A stretch of 64,000 nucleotides of DNA. Source: Polynucleobacter sp. (GTDB lineage: Bacteria > Pseudomonadota > Gammaproteobacteria > Burkholderiales > Burkholderiaceae). The stretch's first letter is position 1. The number at the start of each line of letters is the position of its first letter. The position numbers and the translations under genes were made by a program. Shown here one piece after another: positions 53,301 through 62,956 of this stretch. The notes below the pieces were generated by a model. The model made no database searches. It had not been told where the DNA came from and saw only the letters and a program-made list of their open reading frames with translations. The DNA lies in assembly GCA_044225315.1 (NCBI GenBank), contig JBGAIU010000009.1, positions 672 through 64,671 of the forward strand, in the 5' to 3' direction.

Positions 53301-54368
53301 ATGAGTTTTTATCGTGATTACAACGACAAGTTAGCTTTTGAGGCGTGGAATACAAGGAGTCATCCAACGTTCAGCACTCTACAGGTTGAGCCTATCGCGA
53401 GAGCGGGTGGCGCCAAGATTTCTGGTGTCGATTTGTCTAAAGAGTTGAGCGCGGAACAATTTGCAGAAATCAAAAAGGCTTTGGCTGAGTATCAGGTTCT
53501 GGTATTTCGGGATCAAAATATCAGCTCTGAACAGCATAAAAAGTTTGGTTTGAAGTTTGGCTCGCTACACCGCCACGTCAGTGCCGCTATTAGAGCCCCT
53601 GGTGGTGATCCAGAAATTCTGGCGTGGAAGACGGGTAAGAATAGTCGCTTTACCGCAGGCGAGGTTTGGCATAGCGATGTGTCTTGCGATGAAAATCCTA
53701 TTACTGAATCAATTTTGCGAGTGACAAAACTCCCTGAAGGTGGCGGTGGCGATACTGCATTTATCAATACGCATCTTGCTTTTGAATCTTTATCTGAGCC
53801 CTTGAAAAACTTTATATTGGGTTTAAGTGCGGAGCATTCTGGCCAAGAAGGTTGGACAAACGGTTATGGGGAAGAGCCTGCTCCTGGTCAAAAATTCGCT
53901 AGCTCTATTCACCCCGTAGTAATTACTCATCCTGTGACAGATCGTAAGCATGTATTTGTTAACCGAGGATTCACAACAAAAATTATCGAATTGGTTCGAA
54001 ACGAGAGCAATGCAATCCTCGAATTACTGAACCGCCATATTGAAACCAGCCAAGCATTCCAATTTCGTGTTCAGTGGGAGCCTAATACTGTAGTAATTTG
54101 GGATAACTGGGCTGTTCAGCATCAAGCAATTTGGGATTACTACCCCTTTAATCGCTGGGGTAAGCGTGTATCTGCGGTTGCGGGAATTCGCCCATCACAA
54201 GGCGAGACAAATAAAGCGACTTCAGAAAAGCCTGTTTTAGAGCTTGCCCAGCCTCCGATGTGGAGGCACGGTATTTGTTGCGCAGAAGAAGAATATGGTG
54301 CCGCAGATCTCAATAGGGGCTCTTCTGACTTAATCAAACTTGAGGGGGCGCCATACGCCTCCCCTTGA
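53301..54368 (+). CDS. TauD/TfdA dioxygenase (second copy) with apparent C-terminal run-on
   Basis: WHSDVS, HPVVITHP, IWDNWAVQH; last ~55 aa overlap the EAL gene. Confidence 0.85.
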   Translation: MSFYRDYNDKLAFEAWNTRSHPTFSTLQVEPIARAGGAKISGVDLSKELSAEQFAEIKKALAEYQVLVFRDQNISSEQHKKFGLKFGSLHRHVSAAIRAPGGDPEILAWKTGKNSRFTAGEVWHSDVSCDENPITESILRVTKLPEGGGGDTAFINTHLAFESLSEPLKNFILGLSAEHSGQEGWTNGYGEEPAPGQKFASSIHPVVITHPVTDRKHVFVNRGFTTKIIELVRNESNAILELLNRHIETSQAFQFRVQWEPNTVVIWDNWAVQHQAIWDYYPFNRWGKRVSAVAGIRPSQGETNKATSEKPVLELAQPPMWRHGICCAEEEYGAADLNRGSSDLIKLEGAPYASP

Positions 54369-55099
54369 ACTAGAAGATTGTCTTCCTTGTTAGTCTTTTT
54401 ATGGTCGTTGATTTTAGTGATGACTATATTCGCACCATTTTGAACCGTTACTAATTGCTCCAGTTTTTGATTTAGATCGCTACTAATAAACTGATCCGCA
54501 ATCTTGATGTATTTGATCTCCGCTCTATCTAGAGAGGCATCTATATCTTCAATGGAGTCGATATTGATTGCGACCTCAAGCGAATTTAAACGGTAGTTTT
54601 GTAATACAAAGTGAAGACGTTTCTTATCCTTAACCAAAGAGATTGGTAATTCAATGACGATGCGGCTGGGGGAGAATCCCAGAGCATCTATGACTTTTCT
54701 AAATGACGATCCATGGTTGTCATCCACTGCTGAAATTAGTCCTTCATGAACATTTAAAAACAGCAACGCATTATCTATGCCTTGTAGTGAAAAATTGAGT
54801 AAATGAATGGTGCGGCAAAGACGATCTAAGCTGGTGATATCGTCATGTTCTACTAATTTCGAAAATAGATCCCTAGGTTTAATTTGGTTCCCATAGGCGT
54901 CTGAACAGCGAACAAAAGCCTCATAAGCTACGGGCTTAATAAGGTCGGTCGATCTGTAGATTGGTTGAAAAACGCTAGATAAAACCAGGTTTTGCTATTT
55001 AGCACTAATTACGCCCGCCTCATTTAAAAAAAGAGATCGGTTGGTGCTGCTACCTCTCAGACCATCGACAAAAAGTCTGGTTTTGCTTGGAACTCTCAT
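54140..55099 (-). pseudogene. stand-alone EAL-domain protein with in-frame TAG at 54995-54997
   Basis: Hand translation from ATG 55099: ...GVISAK*QNLVLSSVFQPIY...AYEAFVR...LFLNVH...IVIE. Confidence 0.78.
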
Positions 55100-55112
55100 T
55101 GATTGGAATTGT

Positions 55113-56099
55113 TTACCGTTTTTTGTTTGCATAAACATCAATCACAATTTGATCGTAAACGCCGCCATCATCAAATTGCTCTTTTTGCGCTTTCTTCCAG
55201 CCACCAAAAACATCTTCTACGGTAAATGTTTTGACTGGCGGGAAATTAACTGCATATTTTTTGGTAATTGCAGGGGTGGGGTTATTGGGTCGGAAGTAGT
55301 GCTTCGCAATGATTTCTTGACCACTTTCAGTGAAGAGGAAGTCTAAATATGCCTTGGAGAGCTTTTCAGTGCCATGTTTTTTGGCATATTTTTTAACTAC
55401 CGCCACAGGGGCTGGCGCTTCAATAGTGATGGAGGGATGCACAACATCAAACTTTCCTGCGCCAACTTCCTTATTAATTAATTCAGCCTCGTTTTCAAAA
55501 GTAATGAGCACATCACCAATATCTCGTTGAGTAAATGTTGTTGTAGCACCTCTGCCACCTCCATCTAAAATGGGCACGTTGATAAAGAGATCGCGTACAA
55601 ATTCCTTGGCCTGCTTTTCGCTTTTCGTCTTTTGAAGTGCGTATCCGTATGCTGCAAGGTAGGTATAGCGACCATTGCCAGAAGTTTTGGGGTTGGGAAT
55701 GATCACCTGAGTCCCGGGTTTTACAAGATCTGACCAATCTTTAATATTTTTTGGGTTGCCTTTGCGAACCAAGAAAACGGTCACCGAAGAATATGGAGAT
55801 GCTTGTTTAGAAAATGCATTTCTCCAATTTGGATTTACCAAATTGCCGCGTTCGACCAAGATATCAATATCTGGTGACTGATTCATGGTCACTACATCGG
55901 CCTCTAAACCACCAATAATGGCCCCGGCTTGTTTGCTAGATCCGCCATGGGATTGGTTGATAGTTGGCGCTGAACCTGTTTTGGCTTTCCAATCCGCGGC
56001 AAATGCAGGATTAATATCTTTATAAAGCTCTCGAGAAACGTCGTAAGAGACATTAAGGATGGTATTTGAATTTTGAGATTGGGCAATTCCATTTGCCAT
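55113..56099 (-). CDS. sulfate/thiosulfate-binding protein (second copy), N-terminus possibly damaged
   Basis: LNVSYDVSRELY, SHGGSSKQ, PNPKTSGNGRY; hydrophobic signal-like codons lie upstream of the only in-frame ATG. Confidence 0.88.
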   Translation of the reverse strand: MANGIAQSQNSNTILNVSYDVSRELYKDINPAFAADWKAKTGSAPTINQSHGGSSKQAGAIIGGLEADVVTMNQSPDIDILVERGNLVNPNWRNAFSKQASPYSSVTVFLVRKGNPKNIKDWSDLVKPGTQVIIPNPKTSGNGRYTYLAAYGYALQKTKSEKQAKEFVRDLFINVPILDGGGRGATTTFTQRDIGDVLITFENEAELINKEVGAGKFDVVHPSITIEAPAPVAVVKKYAKKHGTEKLSKAYLDFLFTESGQEIIAKHYFRPNNPTPAITKKYAVNFPPVKTFTVEDVFGGWKKAQKEQFDDGGVYDQIVIDVYANKKR

Positions 56100-56385
56100 A
56101 ACTAGACTGCAAATAGCGAAAAAGCCGATTGTTTTACTTGTAAATTTTCTGAGAGTCCCGAGGTGTAGTAAATGTGAAATCTACTGGGCATAAGCTTAAG
56201 CCCATTAAATTAATATTGGAATCAAGAACATCTGATAAGTAATCCCATGGCTAGAATATTGCCTAAAAAATAAGTAATTTGATAGCGTTTTTTGTTATTA
56301 GCTTATACGTAAGGCTTCTTTTACAAAAATAGCCTCCTGCTCTAAGATTAAATGCAATTTTAGAACCCCTATATTAGGAATAGAA

Positions 56386-57360
56386 ATGACCTACTTTGCT
56401 GATAATTCGCAAACAATTGGCCGCACACCTTTGGTTTGCCTTAACCGCGTTACTGATGGTGCCAAAGCCACCGTGCTTGCCAAAATTGAAGGACGTAACC
56501 CAGCCTATTCAGTTAAATACCGTATTGGTGTGGCCATGATTAACGATGCCCAAGAAAAAGGTCTTTTGGGACCTGGCAAAGAGATCGTTGAGCCAACTAG
56601 CGGAAATACAGGTATTGCATTAGCTTTCGTTGCTGCTGCACGTGGTATTCCATTAACGCTGACAATGCCAGAAACAATGAGTCTTGAGCGCCGTAAGTTG
56701 CTAACTGCTTTGGGCGCTAAAATTGTTTTGACAGAAGGTCCAAAGGGAATGAATGGCGCTGTTGCTAAAGCCAAAGAAATTGCTGAGTCTGATCCCAGCA
56801 AATATGTACTGCTTCAGCAATTTAGTAATCCATTAAATCCAGCGATTCATGAGAAAACTACTGGTCCAGAAATTTGGGAAGATGCCGATGGAAAGGTTGA
56901 TGTCTTTGTTGCAGGAGTAGGTACTGGCGGTACGATTTCTGGCGTGGGCCGTTACATTAAAAACGAGAAGAAAAAGAATATTGAAGTAGTGGCAGTCGAG
57001 CCAACTGCGAGCCCAGTGATTACTCAAAAACTGAATGGCGAAGAAATTAAACCAGCCCCACACAAGATCTAAGGTATTGGAGCTGGCTTTATTCCAGATA
57101 ATCTCGATTTATCAGTAGTAGATAAAGTCGAGCAGGTCAGCAATGAAGAGGCAATTGAATTTGCCCGCCGTATTGCTAAGGAAGAGGGTATTTTGGTTGG
57201 TATTTCCTGTGGTGCCGCCGCTGCTGTTGCGGTGCGTTTAGCTAAAAAGCCAGAGTATGCGGGTAAGACAATTGTGGTCGTATTGCCAGATGCTGCTGAG
57301 CGTTACTTGAGCTCCGCTTTGTTCGAGGGCGTCTTCGATGAAAAAGGTTTGCCAGCTTAA
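56386..57360 (+). pseudogene. cysK: cysteine synthase A with in-frame TAA at 57070-57072
   Basis: [28 protein letters not shown]; frame continues to ERYLSS...TAA 57358-57360. Confidence 0.95.
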
Positions 57361-57386
57361 GCTAACTTAGATCATCGCAGTCAAAT

Positions 57387-57412
57387 AAAAAGGCACCGTA
57401 TGGTGCCTTTTT
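57387..57412. terminator. bidirectional terminator between cysK and lysS
   Basis: AAAAAGGCACC-GTAT-GGTGCCTTTTT. Confidence 0.85.
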
Positions 57413-57461
57413 ATTTCTCATGCATTTCTCACTCAGTTCGAGATTAGTACTGGTAACTAAA

Positions 57462-59018
57462 TTATTCTTCTTCGCGACGCAAATGTGGGAAGAGAATCAC
57501 GTCGCGAATATTGGGCGCATCAGTCAGGAGCATCACCAGACGATCAATACCGATACCGCAACCGCCTGTCGGAGGCATTCCGTACTCGAGGGCGCGAATG
57601 AAGTCATGATCAAAGTACATCGCCTCTTCATCACCAGCTTCCTTCTGTTCTACTTGCTTGCGGAAGCGATTCGCTTGATCTTCAGCATCGTTCAGCTCGG
57701 AGAAGCCATTGGCAATTTCACGACCAGTAATAAATAATTCAAAGCGCTCAGTGATGCCTGGGCGAGTATCGGATTCTCTGGCAAGCGGACTAACTTCAAT
57801 TGGGTAATCAATGATGTAGGTTGGCTCCCAGAGGTGTTCCTCGGCAACTAATTCAAATAGCGCTAATTGCAATGCGCCGATACCTGCGTTTTTGAGGGTT
57901 GGGGAATCTGGATTCTCGCCGCCTTTTTTCAGTTCCGCACCAATGAAGGCCGCATCTTTAAGCTGAGCAGGATCATAGCTTTTGCCTGACTGGCCGCAAT
58001 ATTTCAGGATAGCTTCATTAATGGTTAAGCGTTGGAACGGCTTGCTTAAATCCAGTTCTCGACCTTGATGGGTCAATACTGCGGTACCTTGCGCATCAAT
58101 CGCTGCAGCGCGAATCAAGCCTTCTGTGAAATCCATGAGCCAACGGTAATCCGTGTATGCCGCATAGAACTCCATCATCGTAAATTCTGGATTGTGGCGA
58201 GGACTTACGCCTTCATTGCGGAAGTTGCGGTTAATTTCAAAAACGCGTTCAAAACCACCCACAACCAAGCGCTTTAAGTAAAGCTCTGGGGCGATACGCA
58301 AGAACATTTGCATGTCCAAAGCATTGTGGTGGGTAATAAATGGTTTAGCTGCTGCGCCACCAGGAATAGGGTGGAGCATCGGTGTTTCAACTTCCATGAA
58401 GTCTGCATCAAGCATGTGGCGACGCAGTGAGGCAATGGCCTTGCTGCGTGCCTTGAAGGTATTGCGACTTTCTGGGTTAACAATCAGGTCAACATAACGT
58501 TGGCGATATTTCGTTTCTAGATCGGATAAGCCATGAAACTTATCTGGCAATGGGCGAAGTGATTTGCTCAATAAGCGTAATTGATTGCACTCAACAGAAA
58601 GTTCGCCTTTATTAGTTTTAAAAAGCTTGCCTTCAGCGGAAATGAAATCGCCCATGTCCCAGTGCTTGAAAGCAGCATGGATATCAGCACCAGTATGCTC
58701 ATCATTAATGTAGAACTGAATCTGTCCGCTACGGTCTTGAATGGTGGCAAAACTTGCTTTACCCATTACGCGCTTGAGTACCATGCGGCCAGCGACTTTA
58801 ACGTGAATCTTTTTCTCAGCAAGCTCTTCTTTAGTCAGGCTATCGTAGTGGGCATGAAGATCTGCCGCCAAATGCGTTGGCACAAAATCATTAGGGAAGG
58901 CAACTCTGTTTGATCGGAGCTTCGCTAGCTTCTCGCGGCGTTCGGCGATGATGTGATTCTCATCAACCGCTTCGCTTGCTGGAGCTTGGGTGTTAACTGA
59001 ATTTGTTTTATCGTTCAT
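57462..59018 (-). CDS. lysS: lysyl-tRNA synthetase
   Basis: [35 protein letters not shown]. Confidence 0.99.
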   Translation of the reverse strand: MNDKTNSVNTQAPASEAVDENHIIAERREKLAKLRSNRVAFPNDFVPTHLAADLHAHYDSLTKEELAEKKIHVKVAGRMVLKRVMGKASFATIQDRSGQIQFYINDEHTGADIHAAFKHWDMGDFISAEGKLFKTNKGELSVECNQLRLLSKSLRPLPDKFHGLSDLETKYRQRYVDLIVNPESRNTFKARSKAIASLRRHMLDADFMEVETPMLHPIPGGAAAKPFITHHNALDMQMFLRIAPELYLKRLVVGGFERVFEINRNFRNEGVSPRHNPEFTMMEFYAAYTDYRWLMDFTEGLIRAAAIDAQGTAVLTHQGRELDLSKPFQRLTINEAILKYCGQSGKSYDPAQLKDAAFIGAELKKGGENPDSPTLKNAGIGALQLALFELVAEEHLWEPTYIIDYPIEVSPLARESDTRPGITERFELFITGREIANGFSELNDAEDQANRFRKQVEQKEAGDEEAMYFDHDFIRALEYGMPPTGGCGIGIDRLVMLLTDAPNIRDVILFPHLRREEE

Positions 59019-59030
59019 ATTCGTGATTAA

Positions 59031-60135
59031 TTAAACGCCTTGCTTCAGGCTGGCTTCAATGAATGCATCGAGATCACCATCCAATACTTTTTGAGTATTA
59101 GAAATCTCAACGTTAGTGCGTAAGTCTTTAATACGGCTCTGATCCAAAACGTAGGAGCGAATCTGGTGACCCCAGCCTACATCGGTTTTGCTGGCTTCTA
59201 ACTTATCTTGCTCGGCTCGACGCTTTTGCATTTCATGCTCGTAGAGGCGAGACTTCAGCATGCTCATCGCTTCTGCGCGATTGCGATGCTGACTGCGGTC
59301 GTTTTGGCACTGCACAACAATGCCAGTTGGGACGTGCGTTAAGCGCACGGCTGAGTCGGTTTTATTGATGTGCTGACCACCTGCGCCAGACGCTCGATAG
59401 GTATCGGTACGAATATCTGCAGGATTGACCTCAATTTCAATAGAATCATCAATCTCTGGGTAGACATAGATGGATGCAAAAGAAGTGTGGCGACTATTAG
59501 ATGAATCAAAAGGAGACTTGCGCACTAAGCGATGTACGCCTGTTTCAGAGCGCAGATGTCCGTAAGCATATTCACCATCGACTTTGATCGTTGCGCTCTT
59601 AATGCCCGCAACATCACCATCAGATTCTTCCAAAATTTCTGTTTTGTAACCTTTGCGCTCGCAATACTTTAAGTATTGTCGATAGAGCATGCTTGCCCAA
59701 TCGCAGGCTTCAGTGCCACCTGCGCCAGCTTGAATATCAATAAAGCAATTACATGAATCCATCTCATTGTGGAACATCCGACGGAATTCAAGATCGTTGA
59801 TGATCTTGCTATAACTCTCTACATCTTTCTCGATGGCAGCGATTGTTTCAAAATCATTCTCTTCTTTAGCCATATCGAAGAGCTCGATGGCGCCAGTGAT
59901 ATTGGTATTGAGATCTGTGAGGGTGGAGACCACGCCATCAAGCAATTTCTTTTCTTTGCCTAAGGCCTGCGCTTTCTTTTGGTCATCCCAGATGCTGGGG
60001 TCTTCTAGGATGGAATTAACTTCAGTAAGACGACGTGACTTTACTTCGTAGTCAAAGATACCCCCGAAGGGCTTGCTCACGGGTGAGCAGATCGGACAAG
60101 GTATTCGAGATAGTGTTTAGTTGTTCAGCTTCCAT
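59031..60135 (-). CDS. prfB: peptide chain release factor 2 with programmed +1 frameshift
   Basis: ATG 60135 reads [27 protein letters not shown], then CTT TGA C; SPF and GGQ motifs in the +1 frame. Confidence 0.98.
60051..60066 (-). promoter_or_regulatory. RF2 autoregulatory frameshift signal
   Basis: GGGGG TAT CTT TGA C: internal SD-like run plus slippery codon 27. Confidence 0.92.
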
Positions 60136-60169
60136 CCCCTAATTGTAAGGGGGTTATTCCAATTGCCCC

Positions 60170-61927
60170 TTAAGTGGCTAGGCTTTCATCGTGAGCTTCA
60201 ATCATCAGTTGAACGCGAGCTTGCCCTTGATAACGATCGGTCACGAGGCGGTAAGCAAGTTTGGCCTTAGCTGGTAGGCTTTGGGTGCGATTAAACCAAA
60301 CGGCAGTGAGTGGTTTTGCTGGGGCTGAGTTCGAGTCCGCACCCAATGGCTTGACCAGTAAACGCAGATGTTTTTCTTTCATCAAGCTCTGTTGCGTGAT
60401 TTCGAAGTCGCCATAGAAAATAGGCTGTGGAAATCCTTGGCCCCAGATTTCATCGGCAAGAAGGTCGCCAATTTCGGGGGTGAATTCTGAAGCTTGTAGG
60501 ACTCCATCATGAATGTGCTGTCGCTCTAGTAACTCATCAGTCAGTAAGCTGTTGGCAACTTCCTGAAAGCAGGCATCAAAGCGATCAAAGTCATCTTTCC
60601 GAATAGTTAAGCCTGCAGCCATTGCATGGCCGCCAAACTTTAATATCAAGCCTGGCTCTTTTTTTGAAACAATGTCCAAAGCATCACGCAAATGAAATCC
60701 TGTTAAGGATCTGCCTGAACCTCTTAGCTCTTCTCCTGTATTGCCATCAGGAGCAAAGATAATCGCAGGTCGATTAAAACGTTCTTTTAGACGTGAAGCC
60801 ACAATACCAACAACACCTTGGTGCCATTCTAGATTCCATAAGCAAATGCTAGAGCGCTGTGCCAGCGTACCGGTAAGTTGCTCTTCAGATAGGTGAGCAA
60901 GAGCAGTTTCTTGCATTCCCGTCTCGATCACGCGTCGCTCTCGATTAATTCGATCAAGCTCTTGAGCAAGACTTAAGGCTTCATCTGCGCTATCAGTTAA
61001 TAGCAGGCGAATACCTAGCGTCATATCAGCGAGGCGCCCGGCGGCATTGAGCCTTGGCCCTATGGCAAAACCAAGATCAAAGGTATTGGCTTTACGGGGA
61101 TCGCGAGTCGCCACTTGGAATAGCGCTTGCATTCCAGGTTGCGATATACCAGCACGAATCCGCTTTAATCCATTGGAAACTAAGATTCGATTGTTGCGAT
61201 CTAGTTGTGCAACGTCCGCGACAGTGCCAAGCGCTACCAAATCTAATAGATTTTCTAATTTGGGTTGTGTTTCGCTGGTAAATTTGCCGCGCTTACGCAA
61301 TTCCGCACGGAGTGCTACTAATACATAAAACATCACCCCAACACCAGCCAATGCCTTGCTTGAAAATGTGCAGTTCGGCTGGTTAGGATTTACGATGGCG
61401 GCAGCCTTCGGTAATTTGTCACCCGGCAAATGATGGTCAGTCACAATCACGGACATGCCTAATTCGTTGGCGCGTTCAACACCCGCTTCACTAGCAATAC
61501 CGTTATCGACAGTAATTAAATATTTGGGCTTTGGGATTTGTTGAGCCGCTAGCTCAACGACATCGGGCGTCAAGCCATAGCCCATCGTGAAACGGTTAGG
61601 CACTAAAAATTGAATAGGGGTATCTGCTCCACCAAGCATTCGCAAGCCACGTAGGCCAACAGCGCAGGCAGTTGCACCGTCGCAGTCATAGTCCGCAACG
61701 ATGAGCATGGGCTCCTTTCTCTCCAAAATGTCAGCGAGCAAAGACGCACTACTAATGCAGTTTTTGAGATCATTTGGAGAGAGTAGATTTTTTAGCTCAA
61801 GAGAAAGTTCCTCGGGAGATTCCACGCCTCGAGCTGCATATAGTCTGGCTAATAGGGGATGTAAGCCGCTTTGCTCCAGCCAAGTGGCAACTCTTTCTGA
61901 AAAAGATCGTTTAGAAAAATGACTCAC
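60170..61927 (-). CDS. recJ: ssDNA-specific exonuclease RecJ
   Basis: DYDCDG, TDHH, LGTVADV, FGGHAMAAG. Confidence 0.97.
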   Translation of the reverse strand: MSHFSKRSFSERVATWLEQSGLHPLLARLYAARGVESPEELSLELKNLLSPNDLKNCISSASLLADILERKEPMLIVADYDCDGATACAVGLRGLRMLGGADTPIQFLVPNRFTMGYGLTPDVVELAAQQIPKPKYLITVDNGIASEAGVERANELGMSVIVTDHHLPGDKLPKAAAIVNPNQPNCTFSSKALAGVGVMFYVLVALRAELRKRGKFTSETQPKLENLLDLVALGTVADVAQLDRNNRILVSNGLKRIRAGISQPGMQALFQVATRDPRKANTFDLGFAIGPRLNAAGRLADMTLGIRLLLTDSADEALSLAQELDRINRERRVIETGMQETALAHLSEEQLTGTLAQRSSICLWNLEWHQGVVGIVASRLKERFNRPAIIFAPDGNTGEELRGSGRSLTGFHLRDALDIVSKKEPGLILKFGGHAMAAGLTIRKDDFDRFDACFQEVANSLLTDELLERQHIHDGVLQASEFTPEIGDLLADEIWGQGFPQPIFYGDFEITQQSLMKEKHLRLLVKPLGADSNSAPAKPLTAVWFNRTQSLPAKAKLAYRLVTDRYQGQARVQLMIEAHDESLAT

Positions 61928-62889
61928 AATTGAATTAAATCATTCCAAGACAAGACTTCTGGTTTTTTCCAGAACATCCAAGATTTCTTTTGAATATCGC
62001 GTAAGGTTAATACTCGCTCGCGGGTTTTTCCATCGGGAAAATCAATGATCATTACTTCATCCAGCTGTTTATTCAGTAATTGACTTGCTAATTGGGGCCA
62101 AAGGATTTCTGGACTATCTACCCAAGCAAAGGCGCCAACAAGATTTTCAATGGAGACTGTGGTGCTAATTGAAATGCCGCAGAATTTTGCAAGTCCTGAT
62201 AGTAGAGGGCGTTGCCCATAAACCTTGCTTGCTTGCGCCAATGCTGGCGGTACTTTGACATCATTTAGCTTGCCAATACCGCTAATCCAGATGGAGTTGA
62301 TGCTGGGCAAACCTCTCGTGTCTCGTTCTTCATTGACGGGGTCGATGTGCCATAGCATTTGGATTTCATTTTGTAATTTGCGCCAGCGCTTCGCGATGCC
62401 TTGCTCGTGTGTATCGTGCGGCATCCACCAGTCAATATTGCGACCTTGCGCTTGATCAATACTGTAGCTGGCTAAATTACTAAATGGTCCAGCTAGAATG
62501 AACCAGTAGTGTTGATTGTGAAACAGCACCTGATGCTCAAAGTCCTCTTTTAGGAGGGGTAGTGCTATATCTAGTAATTTATTTGATTCAGTTTCTGTCA
62601 GATCAATTTGATTCTGACCCATCAAAATGAGATGGTCGCGTGTAGCATGCAAATGAACAGGCTGTAGGCAGGCGATTTCGAGATTCGGATCAAAGCTGAT
62701 TGTGGATTGGCCCAAAAGAAGAATGGGCGCAAGGGGAACCTTATCTCCCAGCAGATAGCGCTCATGTGGCAATCCTTGGCGAGCTTGATTGTCACTTTGC
62801 TCATCCAGGACATCCTCCCCCGTTAGCATCAGGGTAAGGCGTCTTGGCTGACTTCGGGTATTTGGGGTTTGGGCTGGTTTTTGAGTCAT
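61924..62889 (-). CDS. conserved hypothetical protein upstream of recJ (phosphoglycerate-mutase-like family)
   Basis: PVHLHATRDHL, NEIQMLWH, NSIWISG; likely start ATG 62889 after AGGGG. Confidence 0.7.
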   Translation of the reverse strand: MTQKPAQTPNTRSQPRRLTLMLTGEDVLDEQSDNQARQGLPHERYLLGDKVPLAPILLLGQSTISFDPNLEIACLQPVHLHATRDHLILMGQNQIDLTETESNKLLDIALPLLKEDFEHQVLFHNQHYWFILAGPFSNLASYSIDQAQGRNIDWWMPHDTHEQGIAKRWRKLQNEIQMLWHIDPVNEERDTRGLPSINSIWISGIGKLNDVKVPPALAQASKVYGQRPLLSGLAKFCGISISTTVSIENLVGAFAWVDSPEILWPQLASQLLNKQLDEVMIIDFPDGKTRERVLTLRDIQKKSWMFWKKPEVLSWNDLIQL

Positions 62890-62956
62890 CCCCCTAATTT
62901 TAGGTGGCATTTGGAGTTTCCATCTGTTTGTGCTCGCAATTGTCTAAACTGTGGCT

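Noticed and set aside
8254-57072. Alternative genetic code or stop-codon readthrough explaining the in-frame stops
   Set aside because: All three stop types occur as lesions, all three also end normal genes here, TGG is used for Trp throughout, and the prfB UGA frameshift signal is intact
32786-57360. Sulfur cluster as an integrative genomic island
   Set aside because: No integrase, tRNA or att-like flanking repeats recognised; horizontal origin cannot be supported from this window alone
60133-62898. Identical AATTAGGGGATG start context for prfB (60133-60144) and the hypothetical gene (62887-62898)
   Set aside because: Mostly RBS plus ATG, so convergence is sufficient; used only to refine start codons
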